Shown: piece after piece, positions 30,864 to 44,953 of the stretch
Layout: the number at the start of each line of letters is the position of its first letter
Position numbering within the stretch: position 1 is the stretch's first letter
Source of the DNA: Balanoglossus misakiensis
Taxonomy: Eukaryota; Animalia; Hemichordata
Assembly: GCA_040954595.2 (NCBI GenBank)
Contig: CM082581.2
Span: 13,837,921-13,901,920 of the forward strand
Length of the DNA: 64,000 nucleotides
Reading direction: 5' to 3'
The notes under the pieces: generated by a model
Seen by the model: only the letters and a program-made list of their open reading frames with translations
The model's database searches: none
Told to the model about the DNA's origin: nothing
Made by a program: the position numbers and the translations under genes

Positions 30864-32362
30864 TTATTTTGGTTTGGTTTCCTGATCAGTGACTTTTCTG
30901 ATGTATACGGCATCTTCTGGGTGATCCTGTTCCCCTTGTTCGTACATATAGGATGATGCAATGGCCAACACAGACCCGTCATGGCTGGTCAAAGAAACAG
31001 ATGCATTGTTAATTAATATTAGACATCATGATGGCAGAAGATTTTTAAACTGAAGAAAGCATATAACACACAAATGAGTGCAACTACCACATTCAATTGT
31101 TTTTTACAGGGAGAGATTGTACAATACATACCTGAACGACAGCGATGATATACTCGTAGGATACCGATGGAACTGACACAGACGTTTCTTGTTGAAGCCA
31201 TCCCAGATATTCACAAAGCCGTCAGAACCACCACTGGCAAATGTGTTGTGTGCACTATGGAATGATATTGCATTGACTGGATAGATTCTCTCAACTCCAT
31301 CCACCTGAAAGATATATAATAATTCACTAACTGGCATTGTATATGTCGAGTTGGTGACAATGTAAGTCTGTTTTATATCAAACATCTATCCAAACTAAAA
31401 ATCATAAACTTCATTTTCCTGTGTAGAATTGTACCTTGAGCCTGTGACATTTGAAAGCGTATTTCTTCTTCTGAACTTCAGGACTGGGATCTAAGTACTC
31501 TACTGCAACTCTTCCTTCTATACTACTGAGAACATAGCCCTGTTTGTTTGGAAAACATCTGATACATCTCGTCTGGTATTTCAAGCTTGACTCTCTTCTC
31601 TGCTGAACATAGCCCATGTTACGCAGATCCCAAACCAGCACTTTACGACCAGCTGTTCCGACAACAAGTCTGTCCCCACACACAGCTAATGTGTAGACCT
31701 TTGAGGAGGGAAGAAAATGAATATATCATACTCAGATGTCAAGATCCCGAAACAGTACTCTTACTTACCACTGATACAAGAATCATATACTATACCTTAT
31801 CTGGTTGTGAGAATGATCCAGCATTACATGGGGTTCTGGGATCCCACAGTTTGACAGTTTGATCCCAGCTACCTGTGACAACGACATTGACGTCTGGACA
31901 GAATTCAACACAACGGATTGGAGCATCATGATTGCCTACTGTGGTTTCTGTATTGGAATTGATGTCAAACATCTTCAAGTTATGATCTAATCCACCACTG
32001 TAAGTATGTGTTTGATCCTGTGAACATAATAAATAACATGACATGTGAGATTCTAGATGCTGAAAAACACTGGTGACCAAGTATACTTCAGTGTGTATAA
32101 CATTTGTTTACAAAAAAACAGCTCTAGTCTTTAATATCCAGTGTACTTCTTAGTCTACTGTACTCACATGAAAGCAACAGTCTAGGACAGGATCTGTGTG
32201 TGTATATTTGGTCCTCATGATGTTGGCAGTGATGTCATACAATCTGACAGTTGAGTCCCAGGATGACACTAGCAGAAACTGTGAGGTGTTCGGTCCAAAC
32301 TTGACCGCTGAGATACCATCACCTGGGCATTGATTCAATTTGTATTCATTGGGTTCTGGCAT
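30864..32362 (-). CDS. BUB3: Mitotic checkpoint WD40 protein BUB3, multi-exon
   Basis: [114 protein letters not shown] and C-terminal VTDQETKPK*. Confidence 0.97.
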
Positions 32363-32756
32363 GGTTGTAGTTTCTGGAAGAAAAGTTAAAACAATGTAAT
32401 TAATTTCAGTGACCAAACTTCAAAAGTCACTGCTTGAGGGCGCACTCAGCTGTTGCATTGTACACATACATACACAACGCACATGCCGGTGAAATAAATA
32501 ATGCTATGAATCGCGATCGCCAGCATAGACCAGAGAATGGCACGGTGTATTCAAAATTAATAAGTCGTGGGATTTCATCAACATACCAGCAAAGACTGCA
32601 CCTGAAAATAAGAAGCCTCACAAAGCCCAAACAAGATGATAGAAAGGAACACGAAATCGATCATTGACTGTTTCTGTGCATTATTGGCAAAATAAACAAC
32701 ACCGATCACAAACTTCCATCGAAATATATGCGAATTTCAACAAAGGAAACAATCTC

Positions 32757-33234
32757 TTACCTATTGAAAAGGTTTATATGCAGACAGTAAGCTCCAGTCA
32801 GAGTCGAGTCTTCAGTTCTAACGTTCGCGGTCGAGCTCAAATTCAATATGGCAACTTCTCGTTTTAGTTTTGTGAGAAAGTGCGAGATGTTTCCTTGATG
32901 TGGACTAACCCATTTCTTCGTGGGAGGTAGTGGAGTAGACAGTGGTCAGTGTAAAGAGAACCATACCCAAGTCAGTAAAAACCTAACATTATGGCAACAT
33001 TTTCTAGACACGTTCGAATGAATAAGTGGAAAGAGGGAATATCATATTTGATGATCATTTATGTGGTTAGAAGGACGGGACCCCCATACTGAATGCATGC
33101 GTCCTCCTTGTGTAAACCAGGAAGTGAAATGAAGTCTTGTTGACAACGACGCCGTGTTCACGTTTGCTGATAGTGCAGTTTTCAGTTTCGACAATTAATG
33201 TGTGCGTGCATGCTGTGTTTTTTGCTTCGTTAAA
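32757..33234. promoter_or_regulatory. Probable bidirectional promoter between BUB3 (-) and the MVP-like gene (+)
   Basis: Head-to-head genes with start codons ~870 bp apart. There is a minus-strand donor for a BUB3 5'UTR exon near 32760, local CpG enrichment, and an ETS-type ACCAGGAAGTG at 33116-33126. Confidence 0.5.
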
Positions 33235-36200
33235 ATGAGTAGTATCGTCGGTATTGGTCCTAATCAGTTTGTACACGTCCTAAACGTGGTAAGTGTTTAT
33301 TTCCACAATTTTTGTTAAGTTTCGGGGTGGGAGTGGCATGTACAAGGAAGGGGGGGGGGGGGGGGGGGGTACTAGTAGTAGTACTACATGTAGTACTCTA
33401 AGTCCACAGTTGCATATAAACCTCAGGGTCACATTTTAATTCACAAGCCCAGCTTTATGAAGGTACATTCACATAGTTACCTAGTAGAGTAATTAGTGAT
33501 ATATGTCTAATTGTTTTTATTATAAATTTGTTTCACACACAGACAACAAATATCACTGGTCTTGAAGTTGGTCCACAGACATTGGTTTTACTGACCAATG
33601 AATTGTTAGTGGCTGGACCATTGCCATGTGTGGTTGTACCACCGGGACTTTACTGCATTGTCAAAGACCCAATCAGGTATGTTGATCACTTAATTCACTT
33701 GGGTGCCCAAAAAAAAATATACCAACACCTGAGAATCATAAGAACACTAAGACATAATACCCAAGCATAAGTATTGTACAATTTGAGATGGGTATACTCT
33801 CACAGCCCTCGAAATGGCCCAGAAGTGTAACCCCTTGGACATTTATCTACCAGACACTTGCCCTAACACTGACTTTGGGTGTGTGGAGTGACCATGTAAA
33901 CACAATGATATTAGAAATAATTTGCATATATTAATCTTTCCAGCAAATATGAAGCAGGCAAGCCCTGTGAATTGAGGCATGGACATTTTGATGTCAGATT
34001 TCATAAGGTTGGTACATTTTTCCATATTGATAATTTTATTTGTGAACAGGATTCTATATTGAAAACTAACCCTTGATTATTATACTATGATAATGATGGA
34101 GATATTTCCTTTTGTTTTCCAGGAACCTTTCCCATTATTTCCAGGTGAATCTCTGGTTGATGCTCCTGATTTCCTCATGAAGGCATCTTCAACATCAAAA
34201 GGTAAAGTGTGTGTGTAAATGTCCATCATTCCGTTCATTTTGATTTTTGTCTTTTGTAGTTATTGCTGTGAACTCAATTGATGACAATGCACTTTCTTTG
34301 GTTTGATTCAAATAGACTATGCAGCGGCAATTAAACAATTACCGGTTGTCAAGGCCAACCAGGCTATCAAGTTAACAGCCAGAGTGGACCATGATGATAA
34401 TGGCGTCACCAGAAAAGCTGGTGACATTTGGCAGCTAGAGGGCCCACTGACATACAAACCATCAGCAGAAGCTGTAAGTATCCCACACAGTTCTTATTAT
34501 GCAGTGTTTCATCCAGGGGCATATTCTTTTCTCATAATCTGAAGGAGATTTGGAGTTCATACAAGGATGACTTTGATGTGATTAGAGCTCATTGCACACA
34601 GCATATAACAGAAGACTGAGTTGCAGTAATCTCAGTTTTGTTTCTTTTTGTACAGGAAATTTTGGAAATTGTTAGACCGGTTGTGATTTCTGAAGGCCAG
34701 GCTCTGAGAATAAGAGCTACAATTGATTTCACTGACAAAAATGATACGTGAGTACACTTGAATTCATTTTGAATCCAGCTGAGAACCGAATCTTTCATGT
34801 ACAATCACTTATATGTATGGGTATATGGATGCCATCTGAATATCATTTCATGTCACACCTGTATCATGTTAAACTTTGCATATCTTCTGACAGTGAAAGA
34901 GTAACTGGCGAGGAATGGTTGGTCAAGAAACCAGGTGCATACTTGAAAGAAGCCTATGAAGAGGTACGAGTCTCTCCTGTCGCCTTCGTTTAATTTTTTC
35001 CGTTTACTTCATGCCTAGGGACCCTTGTACCCGTTGATATGATGGAAAGAGTCATATCAAGGCTTTGTGAACCCCATGCCAGAATCAACTCACTCCACCA
35101 ACAATATCATTTGAATTTAATTAATTAGATCGTAGAGGAACAGACAGCATTCACCTTGACTGATGAAAAGGCTTTACATTTGAGAGCAACTCAGACGATA
35201 GAAGACTCACTGGGAATAGAAAGACAAGCTGGATCTGAATGGCTGCTTACATGTGATGAGATTGAATCTTATATCATTGATATTGGAGTGGTAAGTAATT
35301 GAAAATCACTGAGGCTTGTGTGAAAAGTAACAGAGTAGTTCTTATATCACTGATATGGGTGTATGGCACATGTATAAGTTACAGAATTTATATTTTCAGG
35401 AAGCTGTTAATACAGTCAAGAAGACTGTACTTGGCAAGAATGAATACTGTGTTGTGTATGACCCTGTTGATGCAAAAGGTCACTGTAAACTTGGTCAAAG
35501 AGAACTCAGACAGGGTGTCTCAAGCTTCTTCTTAAGACCAGGTTAGTTCACTGAAGTGTCAAACAATGACAAAACTGCATTACTAGTATATCCCACATCT
35601 CTATGTATCACCACTATGCTGAGCTTGTGAGTTTGCATGTGTGTGATGGCAATCCTTGATTTCATTTGTTTCCTGTTTTCTTATTAGGAGAATCTCTACC
35701 ACAAGGAATCCAGAAAGCTTTTCTTCTGCAAGAAGATCAGGCAGTTGTTGTGCAGGCAACTATCGCATTTACAGATGAATCAGTGAAAGGTATGTTTGAT
35801 CCCAAGGAAGAATTCTCTTCTGCTTTCTTTAATTGCCATGTTGAAATTTTTGTTGAGTGGTATCATTTGTCCAATTTCAGCCAAGAAGCAACGAAAGCCT
35901 GGTGATAGGTGGTTGATTAGAGGACCACGTAACTATATTCCACCAATAGAGGTCACAGTACTTAAACAAGCAGATGGCAAATTGGTCAGGTAAGATGGAT
36001 TAGATGAGAGCAGGGTTGAACTCTAATCAAAGCATTTCTATCATGATTTCTGTGTGTATGAGTTCTCAATGACTCCATAATTTTATGTTATAAGATTGTA
36101 TTTGTTTCTGTCTGACAGGCAAGCCATCGCTCTTGCCGAGAATCAAGGCATCTATGTGAGAAATTTACAGAATGGAGATGTAAGTACATGTAGTTCTACA

Positions 36201-39200
36201 GTCCATGCATCAAATGACTTTTGGCTGTGCTAAAAGTGTGTTTATAGAACATGACTAACTCTTTATGCCATAAAGAAAATAGGACATATTTCATCACTCT
36301 TTTTTAACCTATCATGCACTGTATATCATTTCTCACAAGGCTGAAACTTTGTGTATAGAGTCTACATACACGTATGCCTACAAGTTGAGTATTTGTTTCA
36401 AAATGTGTCCTTGTTCACATTGTAGGTGAGGGAGATCATGGGACCGCAGTCATACCTCTTACAAGAATACGAAGAACTCTGGCAGAAGGAACTTCCTTCA
36501 TTGATGGAGACTTTGTTGAAGTGAGTGTGACATTTATTACTGTTTTTTGTTTCTCATGTCACAGTGTAAAACTTTATTGTATCTGTCACGGCAGTGTTTC
36601 CATGTCTTATTTTTCATTATCGTTTTTTTGCCCCCAAATAGGAAAGGTGGTGGACATGGTGGAGAGGATATCAGGAAAATGGCATATTTTGAATCTTCCA
36701 TAGATTTAGAGTATGCTGGGAATAAGGTAAAGAGTATGAAATCATGCATCTCTCAATCAAATCAATTGATAAATGTCTTCGGAAATTATAATATCTTATA
36801 TCCATCTGATCATGTTTACTGGTTTGTGATATAAAGGTCATCAACAACAGATTTGATATTTCATGTCGTGGCAAACTCATTTTAAGATTTTTGTTGTTGT
36901 TACAGCCAAGAGACAAAACAAGAGTTGTTACATATCGTTGCCCTGGAAACACTGCAGTGCAGGTAGGTGTTTATTGCCTAAAAAGTAATTGTTGTTTGAG
37001 AGTTCATATTATCTTCAAGGAATTGTTCAATGCCTCAGTTTCTGAAACCGTTGAAAGACCACAAAGTAGCAGCAAGCAATGTTATCTCATACAGACATGT
37101 TCACATGTTTTCATGTAGGTGTATAACTACAAGAAAAAAACTGCAAGGGTCATCTTTGGTCCGGACATGGTAATTCTGGGTCCTGATGAGAATTTCAATA
37201 TTCTGAGTCTTAGTGGTAAGTATTCTGGATTCCTTCAATAGATTTTAGAAAAAAGCAACAACATATTTACATTATATAAAGGACAATAACAAATAATCTT
37301 TCACCATAAACTAATATTTTCACCTTTTATCTCTTTACTTTCTTTCTTCTTTTCTGTCTTTTCCCTTCCATCCTTCCTAACAGCTGGTAAACCCAAAAGA
37401 GAGAATGCATTGCAGACCATATGTTTAATGCTTGGACCCGACTTCATCACAGACATCATTGAGGTATTCACACTGCATTGCTCATGATCAGTTGTCACTA
37501 AATCTCGTTGGATGCATCTAATGGAATTTAGAATTTAAGATAAATCTTGTTGGTTTTGTGTCTTTTAACTTCAGAGTCCTCATGTAAATATCCATTTTGT
37601 AGTGATTTATTGTAACAAACTAACAGTGAAAACTTTTTCATAAACTCAGGTTGAAACATCAGATCATGCAAGACTGAGAATCAAGATTGCCTTCAACAAC
37701 CATTTTGAGGTAAGCTTATTATCGGTCCTTTTCCAATTTTTACATTTTTTCCCAAATGTACATTTGTATTTTGGCTTTACTACTGTAAATTATTTTTTAT
37801 GTCAGTTTGAACAAGGTGACCCAGAGGAAGAAAAGAAGATCTTTTCTGTGCCTGATTTTATTGGTTTTGCCTGCAAGCAAGTAGGTGAGTAATTCAGCAT
37901 GATTTGACAAACACTAGTCAGCTGAACAAGATACAGATAATTAAATTATCAACCAGATGTTATTAAGGCCAAAAAGTAAAATAGATTTGTTTGCTTTGAG
38001 ACCCTGTGCATTATATACTACTGTTCATATTATCCTGCATCTTTTGTTTGCTAATTTTTTCTTTCGTTTCATTTGATTGACAGGTAGCAGAATCCGAGCA
38101 GCTGTTGCTCACACTGCGTTTGATACATTTCATCGTTGTTCAGCCCAGATCATCAAAATGGCCGTCTTTGGAATGGACAAAGATGATCAGCCGTTGCATA
38201 AACTCCACTTCCCTGCTAATGGACTGGTAGGTGTTTAGTGTAGTTATTTGAGTATGCATTCTATTGCTCTCTCTCTCTCTCTTTGAGTCTTGTTTGGTAA
38301 ATTTGGTTTGGTTATTTTCAGTGCATCACTAGCATTGACATTCAAAGCATAGAGCCGGTGGATACCCATATGCGAGACAGTCTGATGAAGTCTGTTCAGA
38401 TGGCCATAGAAATAGCTACCAGGTAAGTCTTCTCAGAGTTATATGTACTTACATATATCCATTCATTACTGAAGCCAGAAACTGCACAGATCAATGGGAG
38501 ATTTCTGTTGGATTTTCTGCATTGTGCTGCTGTGCAACAGCTATAAGCATCAAAACAACACATGATTTGCTGATGTTACAGTATTGTTGGGTCAATATTT
38601 TTTACAGTTCTGTGGAGGCCTCTGCATCTCACGAAGCCAAAAGAATTGAACAAGAAGCCAGGGGCAAATTGGAAAGGCAGAGGCTACTCAATGAACAGAA
38701 AAATGAAAGAGCAAAAACAGAATTGTACGAACTGAGAGCAGTGACTGCAGCTGTTGAATCTACAGGCCAAGCTCAGGCAGAAGCACAGGTATTACAAGTG
38801 CCAACTTAGGGGGTTTCAAATGATAGCCTGAGTAAAGATCATTCGGGTTTGTGCTACTTGAGACAAGCAAAACTTTCCATTCACGTTTGGACTCTTATTG
38901 AAAACACTGACTAACATTCGAATTGTTTCCTGCTATTATATGTTGTTTGGTCGGAATCAATAAGTTATTTTCTGCAAGTTTTCATTGTGTGAGGGATTCT
39001 GAATGAATGACAACTGACAAACTCTTCCCTTTCTCAACAGGCCAAGGCTGAAAAACTATTGATAGAAGGACACAGTGAAATTGAAGGTGAATTGAGGATT
39101 TATCAAATTACAGTGATTACGTGCCAATCATAAATACACAACTCAGCTGGTGATAATAGTAATGTAAATTTACCATATTGCATGCCAATCTGTGATAAGT

Positions 39201-40030
39201 CAACCTAACTTAAGTGTCTCTGTTGATGTAGCGGCTAAGTTGAAAGCACAGGCTGAAGAGATCGAAGAGGCTGCTGAGCTGGAATCTCAGGAGCAGCTGA
39301 GGACAGCCGAGTTGTCCTACACCAGAGAACAGAATACTTTGGAAATCAGTAAGGCTAAACAGTTGGCCGAGATTGAGGTGAGATTCCACAGTATGGTGTT
39401 GTATAGTCACCTACGGAAAGTCAAGACAGTATTTCATGGCACTTTTCACAGAGTGAATAAACTGAGGGTGTCTGATGAAGAATTGTGTTGAATTTATTGT
39501 GTCCTGCACATTTTTGTGAACGTATATTGTCCTGAATGTAAGACCTGGTTTCTGTGTTTTTGCAGGTGACCAAGTTTGGTGAAATGGTATCTGCCATTGG
39601 CATTGACACCATAGTTGCAGAAGCCACTTCAGGTCCACAGCATGAGGTAAGGCATATTGTAACTTGTATCAGTGTACCTAGACTTTCCCCTGTGGTTGAG
39701 GAAAGCCTCATCAACCCTTTCACCACAGTGGTTCAGTCCAAATCCATTGTTTTCTGTGGTAAACCTGGACCTCTATAGTTGGAACTGGTGGTCAAAGGGT
39801 TAAAGCCCCAGAAGCTGCCACTTTTAGCATATCGATCCTTAGTCTTAGAATTTGTCAATATCCTTGTGTGAATTTCAGAAGAACATGTTCTTCATTTTTT
39901 TTTTTTTGTCTGTTCACCCCAGGTTGACTTGCTGAAAAGTCTTGGAATTGAAACCACTCTCATCACAAGTGGTGACAATCCTGTCAACCTCTTCAACTAT
40001 GCACATGGAATTGTGGGTAATAAAAGCTAG
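33235..40030 (+). CDS. MVP: Major vault protein-like (divergent MVP), more than 20 small exons
   Basis: [204 protein letters not shown]. Stop TAG at 40028-40030. Confidence 0.95.
39715..39799. mobile_element. 85-bp piggyBac-type MITE in the last MVP intron
   Basis: TIRs CCCTTTCACCAC / GTGGTCAAAGGG (one mismatch). Flanks are TCAA on the left (degenerate) and TTAA on the right, consistent with a TTAA target site and CCC...GGG ends. Confidence 0.65.
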
Positions 40031-41004
40031 AGCGTCATGACAGTTACTGTTGTGTTATCTGCATCAGGTGTACGTGTAATGATGCAATAATCCACCAAAA
40101 TATTTACTCATGAACTCTTTTAAGGTGATGGGATGGATAGTTGTGTTTGATTTGGTCAGTCACGTGATATACCCTATCTGATATCAGGCAGTTACCATAG
40201 GTGGAATTTCTTTTAAATGGTACCTGGAACTCACTACTCATATATAGTGTAGTTCGTAGCTTCTTGTCTTTTTCACTATTAGACCGTGCACTTTTTTAAC
40301 ATTTTCACACATCTTCTTACAGTAAACCCAGAAAAGTTTCTAATACTGTAGATAAACAAAGCAAAATAGTGTATTACATGTATATGCAGAATATATTTTC
40401 CCCTTCATTTACACTTCTTGTACATTTGTATAGTATCTTGCGCAGTGACGTAACAGTATTTTCTTTATATTTCTATCCTGTATCACAGTGATTTCTATTT
40501 GACTTCTAAGAGTGGCATGGTATACAATAAACATTTACACATCTTTCTGTATACTACACAATTCCATGTAAAATACAATGACTCGTACACTAGAAAATGT
40601 ATCCCTGAATATTTATTGCAATCAAAGCTACAACTGATACACATAATTTGATACACTTGCTCATTTCATCAATGTCAGATTTCAGCCCTTGTGGTCAAAG
40701 AGGATATATTTTCACCAAATTTTGACATGATCGGTTGACCACCACGGAATGCATAATTAAATGGAAATAATCATATTAGGAATGTCTGGCCACAATTTAG
40801 TCTCAGTGAAGATACAATTACATCTAAAAAATTTACTAGTATGCTTGATAGGTGAACAGCTCTATAGAATAAAATAACAAATCTGCAGTATGTTCAGATT
40901 GCCAAGTGACAATACAATATTTGTAAGATGAAACCGTCCATATCTTCCTCTGTATAAACTGAATGGTAGAATACTGTCCACTTCTTCTGAACAGGCTGGC
41001 AAAA

Positions 41005-43213
41005 TTACTTGTGTTTGGTGACAATGGCACGCAGTTTTTCTTCACTTGCCCCGCTAAATCTCTCAACCTGTGAGAAACAAAAGGAAAAAGCAGTGTCATT
41101 CTCTCTGTTTGTCAAAGATATACCAGGATCTGTATTCTGAGTTGTAAACCACGACAAAATATTTGTGTTCATATTACAGCCCATGGCTGTAAAGTCAACA
41201 TTATAATCCTTACCTCAGATCCATTTTTGTAAAATACAAATGTTGGCATGGCAGAAATGCCGCAACTCTCTGCAGTTTCCTAGAAACACGAAACAAATAT
41301 CAGGCTGGTTAGACACGGAAAGTTAGAAATTTGTTTTGTACAACAGTAGCTCTTGGAAAACAATCATTTGGATCACATTCAATTTAAATAATCAGTTTAA
41401 TTTACTGTACCAATTTTTGCCTCAAAATCTGGCAAATAATATAGCCATCATGTGAACAAGCTCTTACCGAATTTTCGTCCACATCTACCTTCACAAAGAC
41501 CACATCAGTGAATTCTTTAGACATTTCCTGTGAACAAAAAAAATCAATCAAATATTTGTCAATTAAAGCCCCAGTATTTCTCGTGTGCATCCATTTTTCA
41601 TCATCGAAAAAAGCCCGTTTTTCCAGTACATCCATCATGGAATACTATATAATGAAGATGTAAGAAAGGTTTGGGCAACTGTAGCTACATGCAAGCCGAA
41701 AATATCGCCCGTAACACTTGAAATGATGCGCGGGTTTGTTTACAACGGAAATGTTGTACATGTCGATCAGCAAACGTGCCACTTTGACATTTTGATGGTA
41801 AGACCATTTTGGGATTTGATCTGGTTCCATCGACTGATTTCTCCCATAAAGTTATCTTCCCAAAATTTCGCCGAATTAGTGCGCATTTCTTCGCTGAGTC
41901 GCTTGATTTGGGGCGACCAAACCTCTTCCGCATAGATTCACATTTGAGTGCGCATGCGCACTAGTCACGTGTGTCAACATTAGCCTGACTCACGTGACTT
42001 TCTGTCCGGACAGAAAGTCATTCTTCACTCGTTATATTGTAAATTGTATGAGTTTATCAGCAGAGCTGGGGATGATGACTGTTCGATTCAGTATCAATTA
42101 TCATCTACTTTTAGAAATTATAGATGCCGTTTCAAACAAAATTTTGCCCCTACGAGAAATACTGTGGCTTTAATATTGGCAGCTTAAAGACAAAACAAAT
42201 ACCTGACAAAAGCATTTGCATACATTTTCTAAGAGATTAATTGTCATGATAATTTTTCAGGCAAAGCTAAATTTGAAAAGCTTCTGCTAAATATGGTTGG
42301 TGACCAGGTATCTTACCACAAACTTGGGGCCAATGAATCGGCACGGACCACACCATGATGCAGTGAAATCAACGACCACCAACTTGGAACCAGCATCCTT
42401 CAATGCACTGTCAAACTCCTCCTTTTAAATTGAAATATTGGAAAGAGGTCACTCAGGGGTCATGATAGAGGTATACACAAAAGTAATATACATTATAATA
42501 CACTCAATTGTTTCCCATATCAATGCAAGACCACTGAACTTGAAGGGTAGACGTCCCGAATCGAAGTGGGCGGACCTAAAAAGTCATGGCGTTGCTGTTT
42601 TTTGTCATGGAAACGCATTCCACAAGCAGGTATTGTCATGCAAATACACACACCCACACACCCAGGGCACTGAACCTTCGATTTCGATTTCTATGTCTGG
42701 TCATGTTCAAAAGAAGAATAAAATTCCATCACGTTTTAGAACCATGCGTGAAAATCCCACGCCTAAAATCCGTAAAATATGGTGTCGTCGAGAGCCAAAT
42801 GTACACTGATTGATTAAAGGAAAGGCAAAGTGAGAATGCGTATGTACATTACACAGCACAGTTAGTATTGTCATAATACATGTACATTTACATCACACAT
42901 GTACATTCCTCTCATTTCGCCTAGTCACGCTACTCGACCATGAACAGATTTGACTCTCGTTCCGATGCATTCTGTACAATCAGTAGCAGCTACAAACAAT
43001 CGTCCAATAATTGACACGTTTAGCTTGATGGCCATGGCCTTCGCAGTAAAACGTTCGGCGATATCATGCAATGTAAGTGCCACGCAACGCGCAAGGTAAC
43101 AACAGTGTATGCACACACACACACACACACACGTGTACGGTCTCGCGCGCTCGAGCGAGTCCTGAAGCCCATTAAACGCAACACCATACCTTCGTGTTAA
43201 GCATAACAACCAT
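41005..43213 (-). CDS. TXN: Cytosolic thioredoxin (WCGPC), 5 exons
   Basis: Exons 43190-43213 (MVVMLNTK), 42317-42421 ([35 protein letters not shown]), 41469-41528, ~41215-41280 ([22 protein letters not shown]) and 41005-41067 ([20 protein letters not shown]). Exon sizes 24/105/60/66/63 nt match vertebrate TXN as recalled. Confidence 0.95.
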
Positions 43214-43294
43214 GATTGCTTTCTTGCGGTGGTAACTAGTATCGACTCTGGTGATCGGAAAGGCTGCAATTAACTCGAAAGTGGGTTGATTGAG

Positions 43295-43302
43295 TATTTA
43301 TA
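43295..43302 (-). promoter_or_regulatory. TATA box of thioredoxin gene
   Basis: Minus-strand TATAAATA about 80 bp upstream of the TXN ATG. Confidence 0.55.
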
Positions 43303-44953
43303 TGTTGTGACAAACTTGCTCCAATAGGGCGAGAGCTAGGTCGTACTACCTAGACTAATGAAAAAAAGTCACGGTCACCAAATATGTCATAAGCGAGGCT
43401 TATCATAAAATCAAATGTGGACCCCGGATTCGTTTAGGGCAGTATGGATTAATAAAATTATGTTTTGTGCTGCAAAGAAAGCTAAATATACGGGTATATC
43501 TTGAAGTTTGCTGCAAAGTGTAGCCGAGTATCTTCCTTTTCTCTATTTGCTCAGGGGTGCCAGAGGAACTCGGAACAATAGCCTAAAGGGTACATTGTCT
43601 AAACTGCGATTGGTTGATGATTCATTGTTTGGTTTCATTTTCTATTTATAGCATTGCCATAAACTCAACAAACTGCATGCGTTGCACATTTTTAGTGGCC
43701 TCCTTAAGGTCTTTGTCGAATAAATGACAAAACCACGATCAGTCAGATCTATCTTGGGGCCGATGACAATATCGTGTAAGTCAGTGTAATTTGGCTCCAC
43801 GAAGAAGAATGAGTCACTATAGTCCACGTTTCACCGTGGGAACAACCTTTGTCGAGAAACATGCAGATGGTATGCAAACAAAATATTTGAAGCGTGGTCT
43901 TAACTCAAACGTTATCAGAAGAAAAATTGTTAATTACTGACAAATGCAGCGATCGAATCAACTTTTCCTGGAATATTCAATATCAGTCTACCAAAGGGGT
44001 CAACTTTATGGACCAATATACGTAAATGGTGTTGACAAGATGGTACCTTCGTTATAATTTTCCCGTGGGAATGTCGTTATTGAGATGCAATATTATTAGG
44101 AACGTTATATAGAATATCTTCACATCTAAATGATCGTATATAATATTTACAGGCTGGGTCATAAATAGGGTGTTCTTCTCAGTATGCGCGTCACGCACGA
44201 TCCGACTTTAACCATTGCTTCTTCCTTCTCCATGCCAGACGAATTGCATCACTATGAAAAATGTTGGTCATTTACGCAGCCTCGCCCACTCTGTTCGATT
44301 TGCTATCTGGTGCAATGCCATTGTATTCAAAAGGCCGCTTTGTTCGAAAAGAAAACGAAACTGGTGTTAAATGACATCACAAATCAAAGTGGAGGAACTG
44401 TGCACAAAGATCAGAGATGTCCGATTTTTTTCGTGGTTTGTTTGTTTTGTTGATGACTACAGACATACAAATTAAGAACAGAGCTATTATGGGTGCCAAC
44501 TTTATTGAGACATAAAAAGGCAAGCGAATAGTAGGATAGACAGTACAATTGTGATGATAGAGATTTATCCGTGTCTGAAAACGAGATACAGTTGGTGACA
44601 TAGGGCTCAGACACAGCAGCTAAAGTACACATCTCATCACTTGGATTAGAACTAGCACTGAAACCCCTTTCAAATTGTAGGAAAAAAATACAGACAACTT
44701 GTTTCTGAGACCACTGTAGATTGACATTCTTGGTAGAAAACAAAAGTTTTTCTGGATAAGGTATGCTATTATCTCATGAAGTTGCTAAGTTTCACTAATA
44801 TGGAAATCGACCGCTACCCTGCTTATTTGCAGCTGCTATACGTGCGAGATGCACCGTCCCGCCCACACACGCTAAGATGGTTGCTAGGCTCGGGCTATGC
44901 AATTACAAAACACCCTCGACTGAAAACAGGAACTTCATCGAAAAATATGTGAC

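Noticed and set aside
32991-33092. ATG GCA ACA (MAT...) as MVP start codon
   Set aside because: The frame closes after ~33 codons with no MVP similarity. The exon at 33235-33288 supplies the true MVP-like N-terminus.
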